A program made the translations under genes and the position numbers. Source: an uncultured Sedimentibacter sp. (lineage in GTDB: Bacteria > Bacillota > Clostridia > Tissierellales > Sedimentibacteraceae). Taken from it: a stretch of DNA of 24,000 nucleotides. The notes below the pieces were generated by a model that worked only from the letters and a program-made list of their open reading frames with translations, searched no databases and was not told the DNA's origin. The stretch lies in the NCBI GenBank assembly GCA_963675125.2, contig CAXXFT010000008.1, positions 238,258-262,257 of the forward strand. The letters are read 5' to 3'. Shown piece after piece: positions 16,351 through 24,000 of this stretch (positions are counted from its first letter, which is position 1; the number at the start of each line of letters is the position of its first letter).

Positions 16351-16371
16351 ATATACTTTAGCAAAGTATAT
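16351..16371. promoter_or_regulatory. 21-bp perfect palindrome ATATACTTT-AGC-AAAGTATAT in the lipoprotein-gene leader
   Basis: The 9-bp arms lie at 16351-16359 and 16363-16371, followed by GTTTATATTTTG. This could be an operator or a small hairpin with a U-rich tail. It ends 40 nt before ATG 16411. Confidence 0.4.
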
Positions 16372-16410
16372 GTTTATATTTTGAAAATAATATTATTTCA
16401 GGAGGGAAAA

Positions 16411-17295
16411 ATGAAGAGGTTTTTTTCATTTATTATTTTAACTATTATAATGACTATTTTAGTTGTTGGATGTGGTGGCCAAACAGAAGATACTTCTATT
16501 AAGGACCAAGATAACCAGACACAGGAACCTGTCCAAGAGGAAGTTGATGTTCAAACTGAAACTTCTGTATCTGAAAGTGCAATTCCTTTATTAAGTCAGG
16601 AAAATAGTGAAAATGCAGGTACAATTCAAGAATTTTATGATGAATTTAATGCAATTCAGTCAATTCATGAAGAAGCAATTAATAGTTTAGATTATCCAAT
16701 TATTGAATTAGCTACTTTTGGTCTAGAGTTTGCTTTCGCACCTATGTATGAAATTTTAAATATGGAAAATAAAAATGGTACATTTGAAGGCGAGTTAATT
16801 TTGTCTGGTGATAAGGGATATATAACAAAAACAAATGATATAATTGAATTTGGAAAAGATTATATTCGGGAAGAACCAGGTATATCTCCAAATGATAAAG
16901 TTGGGGACGAAGTAGTTGAAAAAGGTGCATATCAAGCGGATAAAGGTTATATTGAAATTGAAAATTCAACATCAAGAGCAGATTCACCGATTTATAAGTG
17001 TAATTTCAAGTTGCAGAGGACAAAAGATGGTGGCTTTGTGGGGTTGCGTCAGAGTGGAAGTAACTTTGATTTAAGAGGAAATGATTCAAGAAGGAATGAT
17101 GTTTTATTTTTAATTACTAGTGAGAATAAATATGAATTTGTATTAGCAAATGGAGACACAGGCGCAAATTACGAATTAGTAGATTTAAAAGACTATTCTC
17201 TGGAACAAGCAAAAGACGTTATAACACAAGCTGGTTTTAAAATTGATATGACCGGTGAAATAAAAAATGGTGTATTGAATGTTGAAAATTATTAG
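16411..17295 (+). CDS. Secreted lipoprotein of unknown function, with an acidic linker and a PASTA-like C-terminal segment
   Basis: MKRFFSFIILTIIMTILVVGC is a signal peptide with a lipobox (VVG-C). ATG 16411 lies 4 nt after GGAGGG, whereas the track's TTG at 16381 is upstream of the SD. An acidic, Q/E/T-rich linker follows the Cys. Confidence 0.8.
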   Translation: MKRFFSFIILTIIMTILVVGCGGQTEDTSIKDQDNQTQEPVQEEVDVQTETSVSESAIPLLSQENSENAGTIQEFYDEFNAIQSIHEEAINSLDYPIIELATFGLEFAFAPMYEILNMENKNGTFEGELILSGDKGYITKTNDIIEFGKDYIREEPGISPNDKVGDEVVEKGAYQADKGYIEIENSTSRADSPIYKCNFKLQRTKDGGFVGLRQSGSNFDLRGNDSRRNDVLFLITSENKYEFVLANGDTGANYELVDLKDYSLEQAKDVITQAGFKIDMTGEIKNGVLNVENY

Positions 17296-17365
17296 GTTTT
17301 ATTTATACTAGTTAAGTTCTAATGTCTTGTTATAATTTTTTTGCACCCATCCCCCACGGTTTGCA

Positions 17366-17411
17366 CAAAAAAAGCTATTAAAATGCTCTTTGAGAGCACT
17401 TTGATAGCTTT
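17366..17411 (-). terminator. Rho-independent terminator of the SDR gene
   Basis: A roughly 19-bp stem (17371-17389 with 17393-17411, one mismatch and one wobble) begins 7 nt after the stop codon. The plus-strand A-run at 17367-17373 becomes the U-tract on the minus-strand transcript. Confidence 0.7.
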
Positions 17412-17417
17412 AAATGA

Positions 17418-18197
17418 TTACGTTAATGTATATCCACCATCGACTAAAATAGTTTGGCCTGTAATAAATCCACCAGCGTTAGAGCAAAGCATATTTGCAA
17501 TTCCCTTAAAATCTTCGGGAAATCCCCAACGTCCAACAGGACATTTTACAGAAACAACTCTATCCATACCTAATTTTTTCATTGGTGGGGTTGTTGTCAT
17601 TTTAGTGAAAATAGGGCCTGGAGCAATGGCATTTACAGTAATTCCATAAGGTGCTAATTCAAGTCCAAATGATCTAGTAACTCCTCTTATTGCATGTTTT
17701 GTAATGACATATGGTGACATTCCAGATTTCATTCCTAAATAGCCAGCTATAGAAGATACGTTTAGGATTCTTCCACCATTACCTTCTTTTATAAAATATT
17801 TACCAGCTTCCGCTGTAAGTGCAACGACTTGGTTTAAATTGATTTGCAAACAACGTTCGTATTCTTCGTTTGTATAAGCATCACCGACAGGATTATGTGA
17901 TTCTACTCCTGCACTATTAATAAGTATATCAAATTTTTTATATTCTGTTAGAGTTGCAGGTATGATAGTATTTACTTCTTCAGGCTTTGATATATCAGCG
18001 TGTATTGGTAAAAATCTTTGACCTGTTTTTTCAACTAGTGTTTTTGTTTCTTCAAATGATGAGTGATTATAAACTCCAGCAATATCTACGCCAGCTTCTG
18101 CTAGTCCAACTGCAATGGCTTGACCAATTCCAGTTGCTGATCCAGTAACAATAGCTACTTTTCCTTTAAGATCTGATAATTCGTTTATGCTTTTCAT
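17418..18197 (-). CDS. Short-chain dehydrogenase/reductase (classical SDR; KduD/FabG/gluconate-5-dehydrogenase-like)
   Basis: The protein is 259 aa. It has TGSATGIG (the TGxxxGxG cofactor motif), NSAG, and a catalytic Ser...YVITK (YxxxK). A GAGGAG SD precedes the start. Confidence 0.85.
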   Translation of the reverse strand: MKSINELSDLKGKVAIVTGSATGIGQAIAVGLAEAGVDIAGVYNHSSFEETKTLVEKTGQRFLPIHADISKPEEVNTIIPATLTEYKKFDILINSAGVESHNPVGDAYTNEEYERCLQINLNQVVALTAEAGKYFIKEGNGGRILNVSSIAGYLGMKSGMSPYVITKHAIRGVTRSFGLELAPYGITVNAIAPGPIFTKMTTTPPMKKLGMDRVVSVKCPVGRWGFPEDFKGIANMLCSNAGGFITGQTILVDGGYTLT

Positions 18198-18641
18198 AGT
18201 GTTTCTCCTCTAATAATATATTTACGGTGTTTTTAATAAGAATACCGCATGAAAACTTTTTGTCATGTTTAATTTTCATATACTTTTTGAAAAAAATATT
18301 TTAGTCTTTAACTTTTTATCCTAGTTTTTTATATTTAAGATATTATCGTTATTAATATTGCACAGTTTAACATACTGAAAGATTTGTTACTATATTAAAA
18401 AATCCAAAATTTGTTGTCCTAGTTGTGCAAAATGTATATTGAAAATTAAAATTGACCCTTCGGTAGAATACAAAAAAATAATCTAAAAGAAAATAATGAA
18501 CTTTTTATTAGATTGAAAATGGTTAATTGTTTCTTGAAAAATACTGCTAAAAGCATTATAATATTATTAATATCAATTTTTTGACAATAAATTAACATAG
18601 TTGAGTTTAAACTGTCTGTAATAAAAGAATCGAGGTAGATT

Positions 18642-20207
18642 ATGGGTATTAATTTCGAGGGATTATGTCAACGTTTTACAGAAAAAATTAAAAAAGTTTA
18701 TATTGAGGTAGAGCCAGATGTAAATTTTGTTGATGTAGAGCTAATTACAGATAAAAAAACAGAGTTTTTAGAAAATTACATATATGTTGGTACTACTTCT
18801 ACTTTAAAAGGGAAATTAGATAAACTCAGCAATTCCTGCTTTATTTTATTAAATGATGATTCTATAATGTTAGAAAATTATTATGATAAAGGGACTATAA
18901 TAGAGATATATGAAAATGAAAATATATTAGAAATTTATGATGAAGTAAGAACCTTTTTTCGTAGAGATGTAAAATACAATCAATTTAAGATATCGTTATT
19001 AGAAGTTCTTCTTTCTGGAAAGGGTATATATGAAATAATAGATGTTGCCTCAAAATTAATTGGCAATCCTCTAATTGTTATTGACTTAAGTTTTAAAGTT
19101 CTAGCTAATTCTCCAATAGAAAAGATTACTGATTTATTGTGGATGGATAATGTTAAAAAGGGATATTGTTCTTATGAGTTTATTGGTGAATTAACTAAAT
19201 TAGAAAGTCTAAAAAACGGAAGAAAAACAAGTTATCCGTTTGAAGTTACCTGTCCTGAAAGTCCTAACAAAAAGGTTGTATTTAAAATAAAAGTAGGTGG
19301 TAAAACCATAGGAAACATAATATTAATTGAATGTGAAAAACAGATTGATCCTTATGACTACGATTATTTGATGTTAATAAGTCAAATAATTTCTATGGAA
19401 TTAGAAAAAAAACAGTTTTATAAGAACGCTAGAAATGTTCTAAGTGAAGAAATATTATATGATTTACTTGAAAATAATATTAAGAATAAGACGATAATTG
19501 AAGAAAGAATAAAAAACGGTGGTTTAGTGTTTAGTTCTCATATTGAAGTATTAGTAGTTGATATATCGAATTATGATTCTAAACAATCTGTATATGCGAG
19601 ATATTTGGATTCGAAGTTAGCTAATCTTTTTCCTATGGGAAAATCAATTTATTATAATGGTGATGTGATAATAATAAATGATAGAAATTATTTTGAATCA
19701 GGACATGGTAAGAAAGATAAAATTAAAGATTTTTTATTGGAAAATAATTTGAAAATGGGGATTAGTAATGAGTTTTGTTCAATAGAAAATTGTAGCATTT
19801 ATTATCAACAAGCAATAAGGTCATTAAAAATAGGTACTATTCTAGAACCTGAAAAATGCATTTATAAATATGAAGATATTCAACCTTATAATTATATATA
19901 TATGGCAAAAGAACAGATAATAAAAGAAGATTTTTATAATGATTCGTTATATATGTTAAAAATGTATGACAATGAAAATGATTCTGAATTATATAAAACT
20001 TTATATTTATATTTAAAAAATAATCATAACATTACGAGAACATCAGATGAGATGTTTATACATAGAAATACTTTAAGGTATAGATTAGATAAAATTATAG
20101 ATATACTAGGAATAGATTTGGATGAAAATGACAATAGTTTTAAACTATATTATGCTTATAAATCAATGAACTTTTATAAAAGATTTAATGATTTAATGAA
20201 AGAATAA
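18642..20207 (+). CDS. PucR/CdaR-family transcriptional regulator
   Basis: The protein is 521 aa. The C-terminal PucR-type HTH reads LYKTLYLYLKNNHNITRTSDEMFIHRNTLRYRLDKIIDILG. The large N-terminal region is unassigned and presumably binds a ligand. It is divergent from the SDR gene. Confidence 0.8.
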   Translation: MGINFEGLCQRFTEKIKKVYIEVEPDVNFVDVELITDKKTEFLENYIYVGTTSTLKGKLDKLSNSCFILLNDDSIMLENYYDKGTIIEIYENENILEIYDEVRTFFRRDVKYNQFKISLLEVLLSGKGIYEIIDVASKLIGNPLIVIDLSFKVLANSPIEKITDLLWMDNVKKGYCSYEFIGELTKLESLKNGRKTSYPFEVTCPESPNKKVVFKIKVGGKTIGNIILIECEKQIDPYDYDYLMLISQIISMELEKKQFYKNARNVLSEEILYDLLENNIKNKTIIEERIKNGGLVFSSHIEVLVVDISNYDSKQSVYARYLDSKLANLFPMGKSIYYNGDVIIINDRNYFESGHGKKDKIKDFLLENNLKMGISNEFCSIENCSIYYQQAIRSLKIGTILEPEKCIYKYEDIQPYNYIYMAKEQIIKEDFYNDSLYMLKMYDNENDSELYKTLYLYLKNNHNITRTSDEMFIHRNTLRYRLDKIIDILGIDLDENDNSFKLYYAYKSMNFYKRFNDLMKE

Positions 20208-20228
20208 TAACTAAATAAATATTGTTAA

Positions 20229-20261
20229 AATAATCTCAGATTTTTATGAGATTATTTTTTT
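20229..20261 (+). terminator. Rho-independent terminator after the PucR-family gene
   Basis: AATAATCTCA (20229-20238) pairs with TGAGATTATT (20247-20256) around an 8-nt loop. The T-run extends to 20261. Confidence 0.75.
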
Positions 20262-20276
20262 ATATATAAGTTTGCA

Positions 20277-20289
20277 GTGCATAATGCAC
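20277..20289. promoter_or_regulatory. 13-bp perfect palindrome GTGCAT-A-ATGCAC upstream of the enoate-reductase promoter (candidate regulator site)
   Basis: Read directly from the sequence. It is centred about 65 bp upstream of the extended -10 at 20342-20350. It is relatively G+C-rich against an AT-rich background. Confidence 0.35.
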
Positions 20290-20321
20290 AAGTACGATAA
20301 TAAATTTTGGATGTTCTTCCG

Positions 20322-20350
20322 TAGCAAGGGATTTTATACAATGTTATAAT
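20322..20350 (+). promoter_or_regulatory. Candidate extended -10 promoter for the reductase/ADC-like operon (TGtTATAAT)
   Basis: TGTTATAAT lies at 20342-20350. A weak -35 (TAGCAA) lies at 20322-20327 with a 17-nt spacer. The site is 48 nt upstream of ATG 20398. Confidence 0.4.
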
Positions 20351-20397
20351 TTAGTTAATCTAAAATGTGTAAAAATTGTATGGGAGGCAAATGTTAA

Positions 20398-22338
20398 ATG
20401 AAATACGAAAAACTTTTTTCAAAAGGAAAGATAGGTAAGCTAGAAATAAAAAATAGAATAGTAATGCCTGCAATGGGAACGAATTTAGCTTCCTATAGTG
20501 GAGAAGCATCTGATGTGATCATACGTTATTATGAGGAAAGAGCAAAAGGTGGATGCGGGTTAATAATTACTGAAATAACTAGAATAGATAATGAAACAGG
20601 GATTGGAACACCAAATCAATTGTGTGCAATGGATTTGAAACATATTCCAAGGTTGGAAATGTTGGCTCGCAGTGTGCATAAGTATAATACAAAAATATTT
20701 TTACAGTTACATCATCCAGGTAGAGAAAACCATGCTATGATAATAGATGGTCGTCAAATAGCTGGACCAAGTCCTATAATGTCATCAGCTATTGGTGAAA
20801 TGCCTAGAGAGATGACGATAGAAGAAATTGAAGGACTAGTTGTGAAATTTGTAAAAGGTGCAGTTTTGGCACAAAAGGCTGGTATAGATGGAGTAGAAAT
20901 CCATGGTGCTCATGGATATCTTGTTGGACAATTTATGAGTCCACAATCTAACCATAGAGAAGATAAATATGGTGGTAGTTTTGAAAAGAGAATGAGATTT
21001 GTAACTGAAATTATAATGGGCATACGTGCTAAATGCGGTCCAATGTTCCCAATATCAGTTAGAATTGATGGGGATGAGTTTGTCGAGGGTGGTATATCTT
21101 TAAAAGAAGCAGTTCAAGAAGCCGTTTACTTAGAAAAATTAGGCATAGACGTTATCAATGTCAGTTCTGGAACATATGAATCAGTTACTACAATTATAGA
21201 ACCTATTTCATATCCGCAAGGCTGGAAAAGACATTTAGCTAAAGCTATAAAAGAAGCGGTTAATATACCTGTAATTGCTTGTGATGTAATTAGAAAACCT
21301 GATATGGCAGAAACTATACTAAAAGAAGATAATATAGATTTTGTCGCATTAGGTAGAGCACAATTGGCAGATCCACAGTGGGGTAATAAAGCAAAAGAAG
21401 AGCGGGAAGATGAAATTAGACCGTGTATATCGTGTTTGAATTGTATAGAAAGCGTTCTAAAATGTGAAAACATAAAATGTGCAGTCAATCCTAGAGTGGG
21501 AAGAGAGTTGGAATATTCGGACTTTGCTAAAAATGGAGAAGGTAGAAAAGTTGTAATTGTTGGAGGCGGTCCAGCAGGAATGGAAGCTGCAAGAGTTTTG
21601 GCATTGAAAGAATTTGTACCTATAATATTTGAAGAGAAAGAACATTTAGGTGGCAGTGTGTATTTAGCGACTAAACCACCATTAAAAGATAAATTAAATT
21701 GGTTTCTTGAATATCAGGAATCAACTCTTAAAAAATTAAATATTGAAGTAAGATTAAATGAAAAGGCTACTATAGATAAAATTAATGAAATTGATCCATA
21801 TGCAGTATTTATTGGAGCTGGGTCAAAACCGTTAGTACCACCAATACCAGGAGTAGAAAAAAGTTTTGTATATACATCAACTGACATTTTAGAAGGTAAA
21901 GTTATATTAGAAAATAAAAACATAGTGGTTGCAGGGTCGGGAATGACAGGTTTAGAAATATCAGAATTATTAATTTCTAATGGAAATAAAGTAACTGTTA
22001 TAGAGATGGCAGATAAAATTGCCCCTTCTGGATACATACCAAATGTAGTTGATATAAGTATGAGACTTGTTAAAGCTGGGGTGAAATTACTTACTTCCAG
22101 TAAACTTACAAATATTAAAGACGGTGAATTGGAGATTGAAAATGCTAAAACCAATGAAATGACCACATTAAAAGCAGATGCATTAGTATTATCTCTAGGA
22201 GTTAAATCCAACAAAGAAATAGTAAAAACTGTGGAAGAGAATTATAAAATCGTTGAAATATTAGGAGATACATCTAAACCAGGTAGAGTTGTAGATGCAA
22301 TGTTAAATGGATTTGAAAAGGCTTATGTGCTTGAGTAA
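20398..22338 (+). CDS. Fe-S flavoenzyme of the 2-enoate reductase / 2,4-dienoyl-CoA reductase (OYE-like TIM barrel plus FAD/NAD(P)H domains) family
   Basis: The protein is 646 aa. OYE motifs are present: NRIVMPAMG, LQLHHPGRE and HGAHGYLVGQFMSPQSNHREDKYGGSFEKRMRF. There is a Cys cluster (CISCLNCIESVLKCENIKCAVNP) and two dinucleotide folds (VVIVGGGPAGMEAA, VVAGSGMTGLE). GGGAGG lies 9 nt before the ATG. Confidence 0.85.
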   Translation: MKYEKLFSKGKIGKLEIKNRIVMPAMGTNLASYSGEASDVIIRYYEERAKGGCGLIITEITRIDNETGIGTPNQLCAMDLKHIPRLEMLARSVHKYNTKIFLQLHHPGRENHAMIIDGRQIAGPSPIMSSAIGEMPREMTIEEIEGLVVKFVKGAVLAQKAGIDGVEIHGAHGYLVGQFMSPQSNHREDKYGGSFEKRMRFVTEIIMGIRAKCGPMFPISVRIDGDEFVEGGISLKEAVQEAVYLEKLGIDVINVSSGTYESVTTIIEPISYPQGWKRHLAKAIKEAVNIPVIACDVIRKPDMAETILKEDNIDFVALGRAQLADPQWGNKAKEEREDEIRPCISCLNCIESVLKCENIKCAVNPRVGRELEYSDFAKNGEGRKVVIVGGGPAGMEAARVLALKEFVPIIFEEKEHLGGSVYLATKPPLKDKLNWFLEYQESTLKKLNIEVRLNEKATIDKINEIDPYAVFIGAGSKPLVPPIPGVEKSFVYTSTDILEGKVILENKNIVVAGSGMTGLEISELLISNGNKVTVIEMADKIAPSGYIPNVVDISMRLVKAGVKLLTSSKLTNIKDGELEIENAKTNEMTTLKADALVLSLGVKSNKEIVKTVEENYKIVEILGDTSKPGRVVDAMLNGFEKAYVLE

Positions 22339-22371
22339 GATATAAATTAAATTATAATAGGAGGCTTTATT

Positions 22372-23166
22372 ATGCATAGTTTTACAAAAACAATGGATCA
22401 AGTCATGTCATTACAAGGAAATAAAACAATATTTTATGGTGCAGAAATGCTAAATACTGTTTGGGAAACAAAGCCAGAAATTATAGCAAAATTACTTCCG
22501 GCACCATTAAAACCAGTAGCTAATAAACCATTGGTTTCAACTTTTGTAGCAAATTATCCTAAAACAAGTTTTTGTCCTCCATACAAGGAAGCTGGATTGT
22601 TTATTCTTGCAGAATGTGATGGTGTAGTAGGTAGATACTGCTTATCTATGCCAATAACTGATGGAATGGCAATGTCAATGGGGAGAGAAGTTTGTGGGTT
22701 GCCAAAAAAAATGGCAAATATAGAGTTTGAAGTTAAAGACGGAAAAGCAATAGGAAAAATTAGTCGTAATGGGATAGAATTTTTCTCAGTTAGTGCTGAT
22801 ATTTCAGGAAAGTTAAATGGAAATGCTACAGCTGAAGAACTTAGTGAAGCGGTAAACCCATACATGTATAATATTACATATGCAAAATCAGCAGATGGAT
22901 GTGGATTTTTATTAAGTCCTACTTTAATAAGACAAAAATTAGCTGTAGAAGATATAAAAGAAAATAAATTAGCTTTATCTACTGTAACTATGACAGATTC
23001 TCCACATGACCCATGGGCTGAATTAGAAGTAGTAAGAATGATAGGATCCCAATATATAGTTAGTACAAATACATTACAGCCAGGTGAAAATCTGTATTTT
23101 AACAAAATCGATCCTATGAAATTTGTTCCATACTCATTCTTAAGATGGGACTGGTGGTCTAAGTAA
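22372..23166 (+). CDS. Acetoacetate decarboxylase (ADC) family protein
   Basis: The protein is 264 aa. The Schiff-base lysine context GREVCGLPKK matches the G-R-E-x-x-x-x-P-K-K region of Clostridium Adc. The start is 33 nt after the reductase stop, with an AGGAGG SD, so co-transcription is likely. Confidence 0.75.
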   Translation: MHSFTKTMDQVMSLQGNKTIFYGAEMLNTVWETKPEIIAKLLPAPLKPVANKPLVSTFVANYPKTSFCPPYKEAGLFILAECDGVVGRYCLSMPITDGMAMSMGREVCGLPKKMANIEFEVKDGKAIGKISRNGIEFFSVSADISGKLNGNATAEELSEAVNPYMYNITYAKSADGCGFLLSPTLIRQKLAVEDIKENKLALSTVTMTDSPHDPWAELEVVRMIGSQYIVSTNTLQPGENLYFNKIDPMKFVPYSFLRWDWWSK

Positions 23167-23265
23167 TAAAAAAATAAAAGTGAACCAAATTTCAAATGTC
23201 ATGTTATAATTTTTCGTATAGGGGTATATAGTAATACATAGAATTGACATGACAGGAGGAAAAAT

Positions 23266-24000
23266 ATGGTTCAATGGATATCACAGCTATCTCCAGTAAC
23301 CCAGGCACTAATAGCTACATTATTTACTTGGTTTGTTACTGCACTTGGAGCTGGTCTGGTTTTCTTTTTTAAAAAAATTAATAAGGGTGTACTAAATGCA
23401 ATGTTGGGCTTTGCAGCAGGGGTTATGATCGCTGCAAGTTTTTGGTCACTATTATCACCGAGTATTGAAATGGCAGAGGACTTAGGACAAATACCTTGGT
23501 TAACAGCTGCTATAGGATTTTTGTCAGGCGGCGCTTTTCTTTTTCTAGTAGATAAAATTCTACCTCATTTACATTTGGGGTTAGATACATCTGAAGCTGA
23601 GGGAATAAAAACAAGCTGGCAAAGAAGTGTTCTACTTGTTTTAGCTATAACATTGCATAATATTCCAGAAGGTTTAGCAGTAGGGGTTGCTTTTGGTGCA
23701 GTTGCCTACGGACTGCCTTCTGCATCAATTGGTGGCGCTATAGCATTGGCAATTGGTATAGGATTGCAAAACTTTCCAGAAGGTGCGGCGGTTTCTATCC
23801 CATTGAGAAGAGAAGGATTTTCTCGTGGCAAAGCATTTATATATGGGCAGGCATCAGGAATAGTTGAACCCATATCTGGTGTTATAGGGGCATTTTCTGT
23901 AATTTCAATGCGTACAATTTTGCCATATGCATTAGCATTTGCAGCTGGAGCTATGATTTATGTAGTTGTTGAAGAGTTAATTCCAGAAGCACAGCAGGGA
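23266..24000 (+). CDS. ZIP-family (ZupT/GufA-like) divalent metal transporter, N-terminal 245 codons (3' end is right of the window)
   Basis: This ORF is not in the track because it has no stop codon in the window. ATG 23266 lies 6 nt after AGGAGG, and the frame stays open to nt 24000. The protein is polytopic, with the ZIP signatures [11 protein letters not shown] and [11 protein letters not shown]. Confidence 0.8.
   Translation, partial: MVQWISQLSPVTQALIATLFTWFVTALGAGLVFFFKKINKGVLNAMLGFAAGVMIAASFWSLLSPSIEMAEDLGQIPWLTAAIGFLSGGAFLFLVDKILPHLHLGLDTSEAEGIKTSWQRSVLLVLAITLHNIPEGLAVGVAFGAVAYGLPSASIGGAIALAIGIGLQNFPEGAAVSIPLRREGFSRGKAFIYGQASGIVEPISGVIGAFSVISMRTILPYALAFAAGAMIYVVVEELIPEAQQG

Noticed and set aside
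17341-17366. A G+C-rich island with repeated TGCAC (TTTTTTTGCACCCATCCCCCACGGTTTGCACAAAAAAA) between the lipoprotein and SDR genes. I considered it as a terminator for the lipoprotein gene or a protein-binding site.
   Set aside because: I could not fold it into a convincing hairpin, because the arms are not complementary. The adjacent hairpin at 17371-17411 already explains termination. The element stays unexplained but is unsupported.
18399-18413. An 11-mer, AAATTTTGGAT, shared in inverted orientation between the SDR/PucR spacer (18400-18412) and the reductase promoter region (20302-20312). I considered it as a second shared operator.
   Set aside because: An AT-rich 11-mer match between two spacers of this size is roughly what chance would give. 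It has no dyad symmetry.
20398-22338. Whether the Fe-S flavoenzyme could be a bilirubin-reductase (BilR)-type or bile-acid (BaiCD/BaiH)-type enzyme.
   Set aside because: Family membership alone does not give the substrate. From memory, the BilR clade carries a distinctive His-Gly-Asp-Arg-type motif where this protein has HHPGRE. No bai or bil partner genes are nearby. I cannot verify either point without alignments, so I make no specific assignment.
23167-23265. A possible Zur/Fur-type operator or a metal riboswitch upstream of the ZIP transporter gene.
   Set aside because: I found only a 6-bp dyad (ATGTCA ... TGACAT) and no match to the Zur-box pattern as I remember it. The 99-nt spacer is too short and too AT-rich to support a structured RNA call.
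1-24000. A window-wide scan for CRISPR arrays, tRNA/rRNA/tmRNA genes, IS elements and transposases, integrases, toxin-antitoxin pairs and known defence-system genes.
   Set aside because: By eye I found no regularly spaced repeat arrays, no cloverleaf-like G+C-rich segments, no terminal inverted repeats flanking an ORF, and no proteins with the corresponding motifs. tRNAscan-SE, Infernal/Rfam, ISfinder and DefenseFinder runs would be the decisive checks.

Overview
This is an AT-rich (about 30% GC by eye), densely coding bacterial chromosome segment that looks Clostridia-like from its gene content. I found no tRNA, rRNA, CRISPR array, transposase, phage gene or recognisable defence gene.

Gene content from left to right:
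- 1-7767 (+): a complete-looking copy of the known oxidative L-ornithine (Stickland) degradation cluster: ord (5' end off-window), ortA, ortB, oraS, oraE, a GlmL/MutL-like putative mutase reactivase, and orr. It ends at a bidirectional terminator.
- 7833-9086 (-): an isolated membrane-embedded processive GT2 glycosyltransferase.
- 9432-13112 (+): housekeeping membrane genes, namely a CNNM/CorC-type DUF21-CBS protein, spmA-spmB and azlC-azlD.
- 13134-15884 (-): a compact module made of an unknown soluble protein, a 25-codon hydrophobic micro-ORF that is absent from the ORF track, a polytopic-membrane HD-GYP phosphodiesterase, and a DUF5317-like membrane protein.
- 15900-16410: a 510-bp non-coding region unusually rich in symmetric and repeated DNA elements.
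- 16411-17295 (+): an acidic lipoprotein.
- 17418-23166: an accessory redox cluster with an SDR divergent from a PucR-family regulator, followed by an Fe-S flavoenzyme of the enoate-reductase/2,4-dienoyl-CoA-reductase family and an acetoacetate-decarboxylase-family protein.
- 23266-24000 (+): the start of a ZIP-family metal transporter, which runs off the right edge.

Nothing here is demonstrably a new system from sequence alone. The two best candidates for uncharacterised biology are the HD-GYP module and the PucR/enoate-reductase/ADC-like cluster. The repeat-rich regulatory region at 15.9-16.4 kb comes next. Several ORF-track starts look over-extended; I re-called them using Shine-Dalgarno placement.
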